The notes under the pieces are model-generated. The model was not told where the DNA came from. It saw nothing but the letters and a program-made list of their open reading frames with translations, and did not search any database. From Sphingobacteriaceae bacterium (GTDB lineage Bacteria > Bacteroidota > Bacteroidia > Sphingobacteriales > Sphingobacteriaceae), in assembly GCA_035575925.1 (NCBI GenBank), contig DATLXK010000070.1, forward strand, positions 1,406 to 65,405: a DNA stretch of 64,000 bases, in the 5' to 3' direction. Within the stretch, counting starts at the first letter, position 1. The number at the start of each line of letters is the position of its first letter. The translations under genes and the position numbers were made by a program. Of this stretch, positions 41,686 through 49,770 are shown piece by piece.

Positions 41686-44600
41686 TTATAAATAATTGTT
41701 GTACTGTTGCAGGTACTCGCCCGCAATAAGGGTATTGATACTTTTAGTGGTATTAAAATCTAACTTGATGTTTTGATTTTTTACGAATTCGTTGGCAACC
41801 AAGTTGAGCAGGTAGCGATTAAAAAAAGCTTCGTTATCTAAAATATTTTTATTGTTTACCAACTGCTCGTCTGTTTGGTGTTTTACGTTCATTAAGGCCT
41901 CATATAATTGCATTTCTTTGGCAGAGATGCTTATATTTTCTACCAAACGTTTGTGCAAACGAGCGTACTTTTCGTCTTGCTCGTATTTGGCTTTCAGTAG
42001 GTTATTTTTACGATTGAGGTCGGTTACCCTATCGTAAATAGATTGCAACAGCAGAATATTATCACGCATATCTTCCTGATCTACTTCGCCCAGGTTTTTC
42101 TTTTTAAAGATGCGTTCCAACTCTTCCCTTAGCGATACAAACTCCGGGTCTTTTTGGTCAAAGTTAAAAAGTAGCGCTTCTCTGGTGCGTTTCAATTGTC
42201 CACGGAGTTGGTCGGCTAAAATCAGTTCTTCTTCGGATACTTTGGTGAACAAGAAAATAACATCTTCCAGAGCCGAGTTGAGCAAATTAGCGGTATCGGC
42301 GTCGCTGTTGATGTTATCAATCAGGTTCAGTTTATCCAATTGCGCTTGCGCTACATATAAAAGTTGGTTAAGCTTGAAGAAATCTAGCTTGTCTAACTGT
42401 TCATCCAGTCCTTTTAACCGGATGATGTTTTTGAGTTCTTTGGCGTTGCTCAACACTTTAATCAGCTCCAGCAAATCCTTTTTCTCTTTAATCTGGCTTA
42501 CCTGCTGACTAAATATTTCGGCATTCAGGGCATCGTAATGGAAAAGCTTGTCTTTAATTTCCAGAATCTCCGCTTCAATTTCTTCTGCAGATTTAAAGAG
42601 GTTGGTATAGTTGAGCATTTCATCGCCTAGCTCGCCTTGTAATTCTTTAAAGTAGTTGTCGTTAGTATCCTTAAAAGCACTGGTTATGTCGGCAAAATCA
42701 ACCACATAACCGTATTTGTATTTTTTATACGGCCGGTTTACACGGGTTAAGGTTTGCAAAAGGTTATGGTCTTTTACTACCCTTGCTAAATACAACTTCT
42801 TTAAACGTTTGGCATCAAATCCAGTTAACAACATATTGAAAACGAAGAGAATATCGATGTCGCCTGCTTTAAATTGCTTCACCTGTTCTTTACGGTCGTC
42901 TTTAGAGTTAATATCGTGTAAAATCAATGCCCCTTTAAGCGGTGGATTTTCCTTCTCGTATTTTGGAAGCGGTTCTGCAACCATGCCTAACGATTGTACT
43001 TCCTGTACGCCGTACAATTCTTCAAAATAATCGAATAAGGTTTTAGCCTGGTCGCTGGTATCACAAACCACCATGGCGCCTAAGCTGTTATCGCCATGGG
43101 TTTTTCGAAACTGAATTAAATCGGTTACGATATAATCCAGCATTGGCTTTGCAAATTTGGGATGTGCAAATACCTGGCTTTTCGGGATATCGCCCTGCGC
43201 CAATTTAATTTGCTCCAGCAACTCTTTCATTTGCATTTTGTAGGTGGTATCAATTCCCTCTCTAATCAAACGCAATGTATAGCCATCGGCAATGGACATG
43301 TTGTAATAATACTTATGGATATAATCGCCAAACAAAGCTTTACTGTCAAATTCCTTTGCTACCTCTCTTAACAAAGGTGTACCCGTTAAAGCAATTTTAA
43401 TAGCTCCCTCATCTGACCGTAAGAGATTAACCAATGCCGTTCCTTTCGGATTATATCCCCGGTGTGCCTCGTCTATAAAATAAATGCGCTGGATGTTAAT
43501 ATCATAAGCTAAATCTTTTATCGCAACCGTTTCTTCCGTAAATTTCTGGATGTTTACCACTGAAATCTCGCGTTCGCCGGAGCTGTTGTGTACTACACTT
43601 ACTTTTTTTATGTCTGCTAAGAACTCTGCTCTGGAATTTACCCGATTAACAACCAAACCCCTATTGCCGAACTCTGTACTTGCTTGATTGGCCAAATCAA
43701 TACGGTCCACAATAAAATAGAACTTAGCGATGATATTACGCTTTTGAAAATAGTCTGTTAAAAACTTAACGTTAAAAAAAGCCAACGCCGTTTTACCACT
43801 TCCCTGTGTATGCCAGATAATTCCCTTCTTTACACCTTCATTTAGTTTATTCTCAATGGCTTTTGTTGCAAATAGTTGCGGATAACGCATGATGTGTTTC
43901 TGCGTTATAATTTTGCCGTTGATTTCGTCATCCACGTAAGCAATGGCATACTTTAATATAAACGCCAACCTGTCTTTACTTAACAAAGAGGTTAAAATGG
44001 TATTGGTTGGAGTGTTATAATGTTTATTGGTGATGAACTCCGGTGAATGCTTGATGGCGATGATATTGTTGTCCTTTAAAATCAGATTTTCAGTTTCATC
44101 GCTTTCTGGTGCCAACAGATGGGTCAGGTTTAAATTTTCTTCTTCTCTGAAATAGTTAAACTGTAAATCGCTATAGGCCGATGTGGAATAGTAAACACCT
44201 TGCAATGGTTCGATTACCCCATCTTCATAAGGCATATTGTTGGAGAACAGCATCATTTGCGTGATATTGGCAAAGCGCTTAAACTTTTTGTTTTTATACC
44301 GGTCGTTAATACGCTTGCGCTCCGCTAAAATACCATCTTTATTATTGGGCTTCTTTACCTCAATAAACACCAGTGGCATTCCATTAATTAATAAGGTAAT
44401 ATCTGGCCTGAACTCTTCATCGCCGTTTTTACAGGTAAGTTCGGTTGTTGCGTGGAAACTGTTATTCTCCAGGTTATTAAAATCGATTAGCTTTATGCCA
44501 GAAGTTGCCGTCAATGCTTTATAAAACTCCCTCCCCAAATCGTCATAGTCTAGTTTCAGAGTTATTTCTTCCAGCTGCCTTTGAATTTCTAATGCTGTTA

Positions 44601-44763
44601 GGGTCGGATTAATTTTAGCTATGCTATCGCTAAATATTTTTGGAAAGATATTAGTTTCTTCATTCCTGCTCCCATGCTCTTTACGAGAAATGTAGTGGTA
44701 ACCTAGTTTTGTTAGGTGTAATAATGCTGGAATTTTAACCCTGGAGTCTTCGTTAAATGCCAT
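41686..44763 (-). CDS. hsdR: Type I restriction endonuclease subunit R
   Basis: N-terminus MAFNEDSRVKIPALLHL, Walker A TQGSGKT and DEAH box FIDEAHR. I prefer the ATG at 44763; the ORF track extends to a TTG at 44823. Confidence 0.92.
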   Translation of the reverse strand: MAFNEDSRVKIPALLHLTKLGYHYISRKEHGSRNEETNIFPKIFSDSIAKINPTLTALEIQRQLEEITLKLDYDDLGREFYKALTATSGIKLIDFNNLENNSFHATTELTCKNGDEEFRPDITLLINGMPLVFIEVKKPNNKDGILAERKRINDRYKNKKFKRFANITQMMLFSNNMPYEDGVIEPLQGVYYSTSAYSDLQFNYFREEENLNLTHLLAPESDETENLILKDNNIIAIKHSPEFITNKHYNTPTNTILTSLLSKDRLAFILKYAIAYVDDEINGKIITQKHIMRYPQLFATKAIENKLNEGVKKGIIWHTQGSGKTALAFFNVKFLTDYFQKRNIIAKFYFIVDRIDLANQASTEFGNRGLVVNRVNSRAEFLADIKKVSVVHNSSGEREISVVNIQKFTEETVAIKDLAYDINIQRIYFIDEAHRGYNPKGTALVNLLRSDEGAIKIALTGTPLLREVAKEFDSKALFGDYIHKYYYNMSIADGYTLRLIREGIDTTYKMQMKELLEQIKLAQGDIPKSQVFAHPKFAKPMLDYIVTDLIQFRKTHGDNSLGAMVVCDTSDQAKTLFDYFEELYGVQEVQSLGMVAEPLPKYEKENPPLKGALILHDINSKDDRKEQVKQFKAGDIDILFVFNMLLTGFDAKRLKKLYLARVVKDHNLLQTLTRVNRPYKKYKYGYVVDFADITSAFKDTNDNYFKELQGELGDEMLNYTNLFKSAEEIEAEILEIKDKLFHYDALNAEIFSQQVSQIKEKKDLLELIKVLSNAKELKNIIRLKGLDEQLDKLDFFKLNQLLYVAQAQLDKLNLIDNINSDADTANLLNSALEDVIFLFTKVSEEELILADQLRGQLKRTREALLFNFDQKDPEFVSLREELERIFKKKNLGEVDQEDMRDNILLLQSIYDRVTDLNRKNNLLKAKYEQDEKYARLHKRLVENISISAKEMQLYEALMNVKHQTDEQLVNNKNILDNEAFFNRYLLNLVANEFVKNQNIKLDFNTTKSINTLIAGEYLQQYNNYL

Positions 44764-45137
44764 TAAGGTTAAGTAGTAAGTAAGGGCCCTTTTCGTATCA
44801 ATTATACTATATTTTTTTGACAAACCATGAGATATAAAGAGACATGGATTTGCTTTGATGGACTTAATACAAAAAGAACGGATTAATATACCACAAACGC
44901 GATACTACTTATTTTTAAGCTTTAACTTAAGTTATTTGAACCGTTTATTGCTTTCCTGAACTGCCTTTATCTTTTCTTCAGCAACCGCTCTACCGTGTGC
45001 GACAGCTAGTTGTTCTGCCTCTATTTTCTGCACAAATAATTCAATTCCCTCTGGATCTCGATGATAAACCGTATCTGCCCAATGCCCGACATCCGGATAT
45101 CCTTGTCTGATGATCCGAAACTTAACAGAATTCTCGT

Positions 45138-45540
45138 TCAACCGCCCATTCTCCTTCCACATCCTGTAGCTATCCCCACGGAAAGGGCGCTCATTAAAAG
45201 TAAAACCACTGCCCCAATAATGAAACCCTTAGACTTATCCTGAACAACCAGGAACTGGGTATCAGCAATTTTCATTTTCTGCAAATACTCTTTTGCATGC
45301 CTGGCCATGGCCTCAGGACTTAGCTTCTCTTTATCCGAAGCGATCCAGCTTAAAACGATATGGCCTACTGCCTGCCCAAGTCCGGGATTCATTTTTCGCT
45401 GCATATTAAAATCCTGGATGGATGTGGCTAATGCTATCGGTTCTGATTCCGTCTGCATACAGGATCGTTACCTGTTCCCGTTCAAGATTATAGCGTATAC
45501 ATCCACCAAAGCTCTTTCCAACCTTAACTTTTCCGATCAT
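45138..45540 (-). pseudogene. Frameshifted/truncated relaxase (MobA/VirD2, PF03432-like) N-terminal relic
   Basis: The ATG at 45540 gives MIGKVKVGKSFGGCIRYNLEREQVTILYADGIRTDS. After a frameshift a second frame continues ...GHIVLSWIASDKEKLSPEAMARHAKEYLQKMKIADTQFLVVQ. The histidine-triad region and the rest of the protein are missing. The unrelated ORF 44932-45162 follows. Confidence 0.6.
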
Positions 45541-45690
45541 CGCTGTTCAGGTATTTCAATGTGTCGCGAATAAATGAAGATCGCCTGAGAGAATGTAACC
45601 TGCAAAATATATCCCAATGGGTGCAGGACGCTTCAAAATCGGAAAGTTTATCCATGATTGTTAAGACACTTAACAGTTTTAATAAAATAG

Positions 45691-45762
45691 TGAGCCGAAT
45701 AAAATTCCTAATCGGCTCATATTTATATTATATTTGAGCCGAATAAAATCCTAATTGGCTCA
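45691..45762 (+). promoter_or_regulatory. Tandem duplicated hairpin/operator-like element ending at the ATG of the second Fic gene
   Basis: Copy 1 is tgagccga-N13-tcggctca (45691-45719). Copy 2 is tgagccga-N12-ttggctca (45735-45762). A TATATTTG -7-like box lies at 45730-45737. Confidence 0.5.
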
Positions 45763-46871
45763 TGACCTATAACTGGCAACAAAAAGACGGGCCAAATTTC
45801 ACATATGATCTTACAAAGGTAGAGGAGAAATTATACCTGTTTTCCGAGAAGACCGGGGCTGTCAGTGGTGTTTTAAAGACCCTTCCCGCAGACACTCAGT
45901 TATCTGCTATTATTGATACTATGGTCGCCGAAGCCATCAAAACCTCGGAAATCGAAGGGGAGTATCTAAGTCGTAATGATGTCATGTCTTCGATCAGGAA
46001 TAACCTGGGCTTAAATGAAAAACCAGATCCTGTAGCGGATAAAAAGGCAAAAGGGATCGGGCAATTGATGGTAGATGTTCGTAACACATTTTCAGCCTCT
46101 CTGAACCAGGAAACATTGTTCTCATGGCACCACATGTTGTTAGGCGCTGACAACAAAATCAATGTGGGTCAATGGAGAAGTTCTTCAGAGCCTATGCAGA
46201 TTGTCTCAGGTACTTACGGAAAGGAGCAGATCCATTTCGAAGCGCCGCCTTCTGATCGTGTGCCTGAAGAGATGGAGCGGTTTATCAGCTGGTTTAATGA
46301 AACGGTCCCCGGAGGAAAATCACAGATCATCCAGAGCCCTGTCCGGTCGGCTATCGCTCATCTGTACTTTGAAACGATCCATCCCTTTGAAGATGGTAAT
46401 GGCAGAATCGGCCGGGCGATCGCTGAAAAGGCAATCTCCCAGGGAATAGGTCGCCCCGCTTTGCTCGCCCTCTCTAAAACGATCGAGTCGAACAGAGCTG
46501 CATATTATGAGGCGCTGAAGACTGCCCAACGGTCGAACGAGATCACAGCATGGATCACCTGGTTCATGGATGTGGTTATCGCCGCGCAAACGGACACGGA
46601 ACAGCAGATTGATTTTGCGTTGAAAAAGGCTAAGTTTTTTGACCGGTTCAGGGAGCAGTTGTCTGAACGACAACTTAAAGTGATCAGAAGAATGCTCGAA
46701 GAAGGGCCGGAAGGTTTTGAAGGCGGAATAAATGCGGCTAAATATGGCTCTTTGACTAAAGTATCAAAGGCAACAGCTACCCGGGACCTGCAGGACTTGT
46801 TAGCTATAGAAGCTATAATGCTATCAGGTGATGGAGGTGGTCGTAGTACAAGATATCAATTAAATCTTTAG
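45762..46871 (+). CDS. Fic family protein (second, divergent copy)
   Basis: Active-site motif HPFEDGNGRIGRAI, inhibitory motif TSEIEG, and a C-terminal winged-helix-like region. Confidence 0.9.
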   Translation: MTYNWQQKDGPNFTYDLTKVEEKLYLFSEKTGAVSGVLKTLPADTQLSAIIDTMVAEAIKTSEIEGEYLSRNDVMSSIRNNLGLNEKPDPVADKKAKGIGQLMVDVRNTFSASLNQETLFSWHHMLLGADNKINVGQWRSSSEPMQIVSGTYGKEQIHFEAPPSDRVPEEMERFISWFNETVPGGKSQIIQSPVRSAIAHLYFETIHPFEDGNGRIGRAIAEKAISQGIGRPALLALSKTIESNRAAYYEALKTAQRSNEITAWITWFMDVVIAAQTDTEQQIDFALKKAKFFDRFREQLSERQLKVIRRMLEEGPEGFEGGINAAKYGSLTKVSKATATRDLQDLLAIEAIMLSGDGGGRSTRYQLNL

Positions 46872-46920
46872 ATAAAAATAGAATCAGATATGAGTCCGAA
46901 AACCGTATAGGAAGGAATAA

Positions 46921-47059
46921 ATTCAATAAAGAACTTATCGAAAAATCCATTTTTTCGTATCTTATTTTACCTACTTGCAGCCCTGAAACTGCTTTATGGT
47001 GAGCATTTGGTGAGCTATCCAAAAATCCGCTTTGCAATTAATTGATTTTAAGCATAGTA
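46921..47059 (+). repeat. Copy 1 of a ~140-bp element-end repeat
   Basis: Aligned by eye to 49171-49310 at roughly 75-80% identity. Contains GGTGAGC-N4-GGTGAGC (11-bp phasing). Both copies end in AGCATAGTA. Confidence 0.75.
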
Positions 47060-47080
47060 TAAAATTGCCCCGAAAACACT

Positions 47081-47112
47081 AAGGGTTGTTCCAAAAAGAG
47101 CAACCCTTTTTT
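47081..47112 (+). terminator. Rho-independent terminator-like hairpin
   Basis: aagggttg (47081-88) pairs with caaccctt (47101-08), followed by a T-run. Confidence 0.6.
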
Positions 47113-47400
47113 ATACCGTTAAGAATTAAATTATAACAGTTAGCTTTTGTTATAAATTATTCTTTTGTTACTACTCAAGTATGCGAATAAGAGTTATTTA
47201 CCCTATGTTAATAAAAAGGGACTTAATTTTATTAGAGATAGCTGTTCTTTTGTAAATCGAACCAGCTATAACCATAACACTATCAGAATACAATTCCGTA
47301 TACTGGAAACTTCTGTTTGACAGCTTGTTACTGTGGGTCATATTTTCTTTCGGTAACCGGAGATGTGAATTTAACCTGAGAAATCAATACCAATCTTCAT

Positions 47401-47442
47401 CTGTTTTCTAAAAACAGTTTAATGTTTTATATATTAAACATT
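47401..47442. promoter_or_regulatory. Two palindromes upstream of hipB (candidate HipB operators)
   Basis: ctgtttt-cta-aaaacag (47401-47417) and aatgttt-N8-aaacatt (47421-47442), the latter 33 nt upstream of the ATG. Confidence 0.5.
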
Positions 47443-47474
47443 TACATTATTTTTGTTTGTTATATAAAACATTA

Positions 47475-47783
47475 ATGAAACAGAAGCTCATTCTTTTACC
47501 GAAGGCTCAACAGGTTTTAAATGACTTGGGTGAAAATATTAAGCTTGCACGGCTAAGAAGAAAATTAAGTACCATTCAAGTCGCGGAACGGGCCGGCATA
47601 AGCAGAGCAACGCTCTGGCAAATTGAAAAAGGCATACCTTCTGTAGCGATGGGTGCGTACTTTCAGGTGCTATTTGTACTGGGACTGGAAAAAGACTTCT
47701 TAAAACTTGGGGCAGATGATGAACTGGGACGTAAGTTACAGGATGCGGGGCTGCTGGTTAAAGAACGTGCTCCTAAAAAATAA
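47475..47783 (+). CDS. hipB: XRE-family HTH antitoxin (HipB-like)
   Basis: HTH region LSTIQVAERAGISRATLWQIEKG. I prefer the ATG at 47475 over the TTG at 47457. A 5-nt gap separates it from hipA. Confidence 0.8.
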   Translation: MKQKLILLPKAQQVLNDLGENIKLARLRRKLSTIQVAERAGISRATLWQIEKGIPSVAMGAYFQVLFVLGLEKDFLKLGADDELGRKLQDAGLLVKERAPKK

Positions 47784-47788
47784 ATATC

Positions 47789-49045
47789 ATGGCAAAGAAA
47801 GTATTTGTTTATGCAGACTGGCATGGTTTACAGGCAGCGGCATTAATCGGCTTACTAACGGCGGAAACTGTTAGGAGGAAAGAGATATTTTCATTCGAAT
47901 ATACTCGTGAATGGTTGCAATCTCCGCATAGTCAATATCTTGACCCTGATCTGCAATTGTTTCCAGGGCGGCAGTTTCTACGGGATGAAAAGCCAAACTT
48001 TGGGATGTTCCTGGATTCTTCACCGGATAGATGGGGAAGGGTGCTGATGAAAAGAAGAGAAGCAATTATAGCCAGAAAAGAAGGACGCAAAGCCGAAACT
48101 TTATATGAATCAGATTTCTTGCTTGGAGTTTTCGATGGTAGCAGAATGGGCGGTCTGAGATTTAAGACTGAAGAGGAAGGACACTTCTTAAGTTTTGAGG
48201 AGGGTCTGGCTGCTCCTCCATGGGTGAATCTAAGGGATCTGGAATATGCAAGTTTGCAACTGGAAAAAGACGACGTCGGCAGTGATGAGGAAGATCTGAA
48301 ATGGCTGAATATGTTGATTTCTCCCGGCTCATCGCTTGGAGGAGCCCGGCCAAAGGCCAATGTAAGAGATAAGGATGGAAATTTATGGATAGCCAAATTT
48401 CCAAGCAATAACGATGAACTTGATATAGGTGCATGGGAAATGGTTGTTCATGAGCTTGCTGCCAGTTCCGGTATTGCAGTCGCGCCTGCCATGCTTCAAA
48501 AATATACAGCGAAGCACCATACATTCTTAATTAAGAGGTTTGACAGGATCGACCTGACAAAAAGAATTCATTTTGCATCCGCTATGACCCTTTTAGGTTA
48601 TCGTGATGGGGCAGATCATCACGAAGGAGTTAGCTATCTAGACTTAGCCGCTCTTATTCAGCAGAGATGCGAAAACATACATGAAAACCTTAAAGAGCTT
48701 TGGAAACGGATAGTATTCAATATCATGGTCAGGAATACCGACGATCATTTACGTAATCATGGATTTTTACTTTCTCCCGATGGCTGGGGACTTTCTCCGG
48801 CATATGATATGAATGCTGTAAGTGCTGGCACTGGACTAACATTGAATATTTCCGAAAATGACAACTCTCTGAGCCTGGAGCTTGCACTGGAAGTGGCTCA
48901 GCATTTTAGAATTAAGCCAAAGGAAGCATCGGCAATGATCGATGATATGAAGAAAAGTATTTCTCACTGGCGGCGAATTGCTTCTCAATATAAATTATCC
49001 AGCCGGGAACTGGATGCAATGTCGGAAGCGTTTTATGAGGAATAG
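47789..49045 (+). CDS. hipA: HipA-family serine/threonine kinase toxin
   Basis: HipA N-terminal coupling domain, GSSLGGARPK P-loop-like motif and catalytic RNTDDHLRNHGF. Confidence 0.9.
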   Translation: MAKKVFVYADWHGLQAAALIGLLTAETVRRKEIFSFEYTREWLQSPHSQYLDPDLQLFPGRQFLRDEKPNFGMFLDSSPDRWGRVLMKRREAIIARKEGRKAETLYESDFLLGVFDGSRMGGLRFKTEEEGHFLSFEEGLAAPPWVNLRDLEYASLQLEKDDVGSDEEDLKWLNMLISPGSSLGGARPKANVRDKDGNLWIAKFPSNNDELDIGAWEMVVHELAASSGIAVAPAMLQKYTAKHHTFLIKRFDRIDLTKRIHFASAMTLLGYRDGADHHEGVSYLDLAALIQQRCENIHENLKELWKRIVFNIMVRNTDDHLRNHGFLLSPDGWGLSPAYDMNAVSAGTGLTLNISENDNSLSLELALEVAQHFRIKPKEASAMIDDMKKSISHWRRIASQYKLSSRELDAMSEAFYEE

Positions 49046-49170
49046 TACTAAGCAGTCGGCTCAGCCTATTAACGGAGAGCTAATAATTAGACGACACTTT
49101 TTTAACATGTACCCAATAGTATATTTTGGAGTACATATCAGTTGCTTTTTACAGTTAAAGAGGGAACCGG

Positions 49171-49310
49171 ATTCAATAAAAATTTGCCTAAAATCTAATT
49201 CTTCCGTATCTTTATTATGCCCACTTGCAGCCCTGAAATTGCTTTTTGGTGAAGTATTTGGTGAGCAGGCCAAAAACTGATTTTGCAATTTATTGATTTT
49301 CAGCATAGTA
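49171..49310 (+). repeat. Copy 2 of the ~140-bp element-end repeat, abutting the tRNA 3' fragment
   Basis: See copy 1. Here the phased boxes are GGTGAAG-N4-GGTGAGC. Confidence 0.75.
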
Positions 49311-49316
49311 GGAGAC

Positions 49317-49597
49317 GGTTCGATTCCCCTACGGGCTACTTTTATCAATGCCAAAAAAAACAAAAACCCTGCAAATGGTATCTTTGTCGGCGGCGGTGAA
49401 ATTTATACCCTGACGTGCTTAGCTTCTTGATCTATTTTTTAAATAAATCAAGGTAGTCCTTGAAAACATAAAGCTTGTTCTTTGGGCTCCAGATATTTCT
49501 CTTAAAATTTCGAGTTGCTCCAGGTCATTAATCAATTTATATGCTGTTACATACGATTTTTGAATGATTGCTTCAACTTTGGCGACATTGATTACGG
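49317..49597 (+). repeat. Right copy of the 281-bp direct repeat (tRNA-Glu 3' 22 nt at 49317-49338 + spacer + Fic 3' relic)
   Basis: Matches 34498-34778. Differences seen by eye are about 8 substitutions, one 1-nt insertion and one 1-nt deletion. Confidence 0.9.
49432..49597 (-). pseudogene. 3' relic of a Fic gene (frameshifted)
   Basis: Encodes ...VINVAKVEAIIQKSYVTAYKLINDLEQLEILREISGAQR, identical to the Fic1 C-terminus, then a 1-nt deletion shifts the frame. It is truncated at 49597. Confidence 0.85.
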
Positions 49598-49770
49598 AAA
49601 AAGAACTGGCGGGGTACAAAACCGGGAAAGGTTCTGTTCAATTCCCGCTAAACAAACCCATGCCATTAGATTTAATAAACAAAATAGTTGAGTTCCGGAT
49701 CAAGGAACATCTCGAAAAAACAAAAAAAATAAAATATGACAAACCCAATTCATCCATGCTTATGGTTTGA
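49597..49770 (+). pseudogene. C-terminal fragment of a DUF1801 (YdhG-like) gene truncated by the island junction
   Basis: ...KELAGYKTGKGSVQFPLNKPMPLDLINKIVEFRIKEHLE resembles DUF1801 C-termini. The annotated upstream 11 codons come from antisense Fic-relic DNA. Confidence 0.45.

Larger units (their letters stand above)
34520..49316. mobile_element. Degenerate tRNA-Glu-associated genomic (defence/toxin) island, about 14.8 kb, with no integrase
   Basis: It is bounded by the tRNA and a repeated tRNA 3' fragment. The cargo is Fic x2, TIR, type I R-M, a relaxase relic and HipBA. By eye it is AT-richer than its flanks, and a flanking DUF1801-like gene is truncated. Confidence 0.8.

Noticed and set aside
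44764-44823. TTG-initiated 20-codon N-terminal extension of hsdR
   Set aside because: The conserved HsdR N-terminus (MAFNEDSRVKIPALLHL) begins at the ATG at 44763, and the extension has no support.
46813-47037. 74-aa minus-strand ORF, and the idea that the ~140-bp repeat is a conserved coding remnant
   Set aside because: I translated both repeat copies in the shared frames. Stops interrupt one or the other copy in every frame, and the apparent synonymous changes (LKLL(Y/F)GE) cover only 7 codons.
34520-49316. Search for an integrase, excisionase, transposase or IS inside the island
   Set aside because: No ORF in the six-frame track has tyrosine-recombinase (R…HxxR…Y), serine-recombinase or DDE signatures. 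I therefore call the island degenerate rather than an intact integrative element.
49061-49363. 100-aa minus-strand ORF spanning the island junction
   Set aside because: It runs through the tRNA 3' fragment and the non-coding element-end repeat, so it is an artefact of stop-poor sequence.
49564-49770. 68-aa ORF as an intact gene
   Set aside because: It is chimeric. The first 11 codons are antisense Fic-relic DNA inside the direct repeat, and only the remainder resembles a DUF1801 C-terminus. I treated it as a truncated pseudogene.
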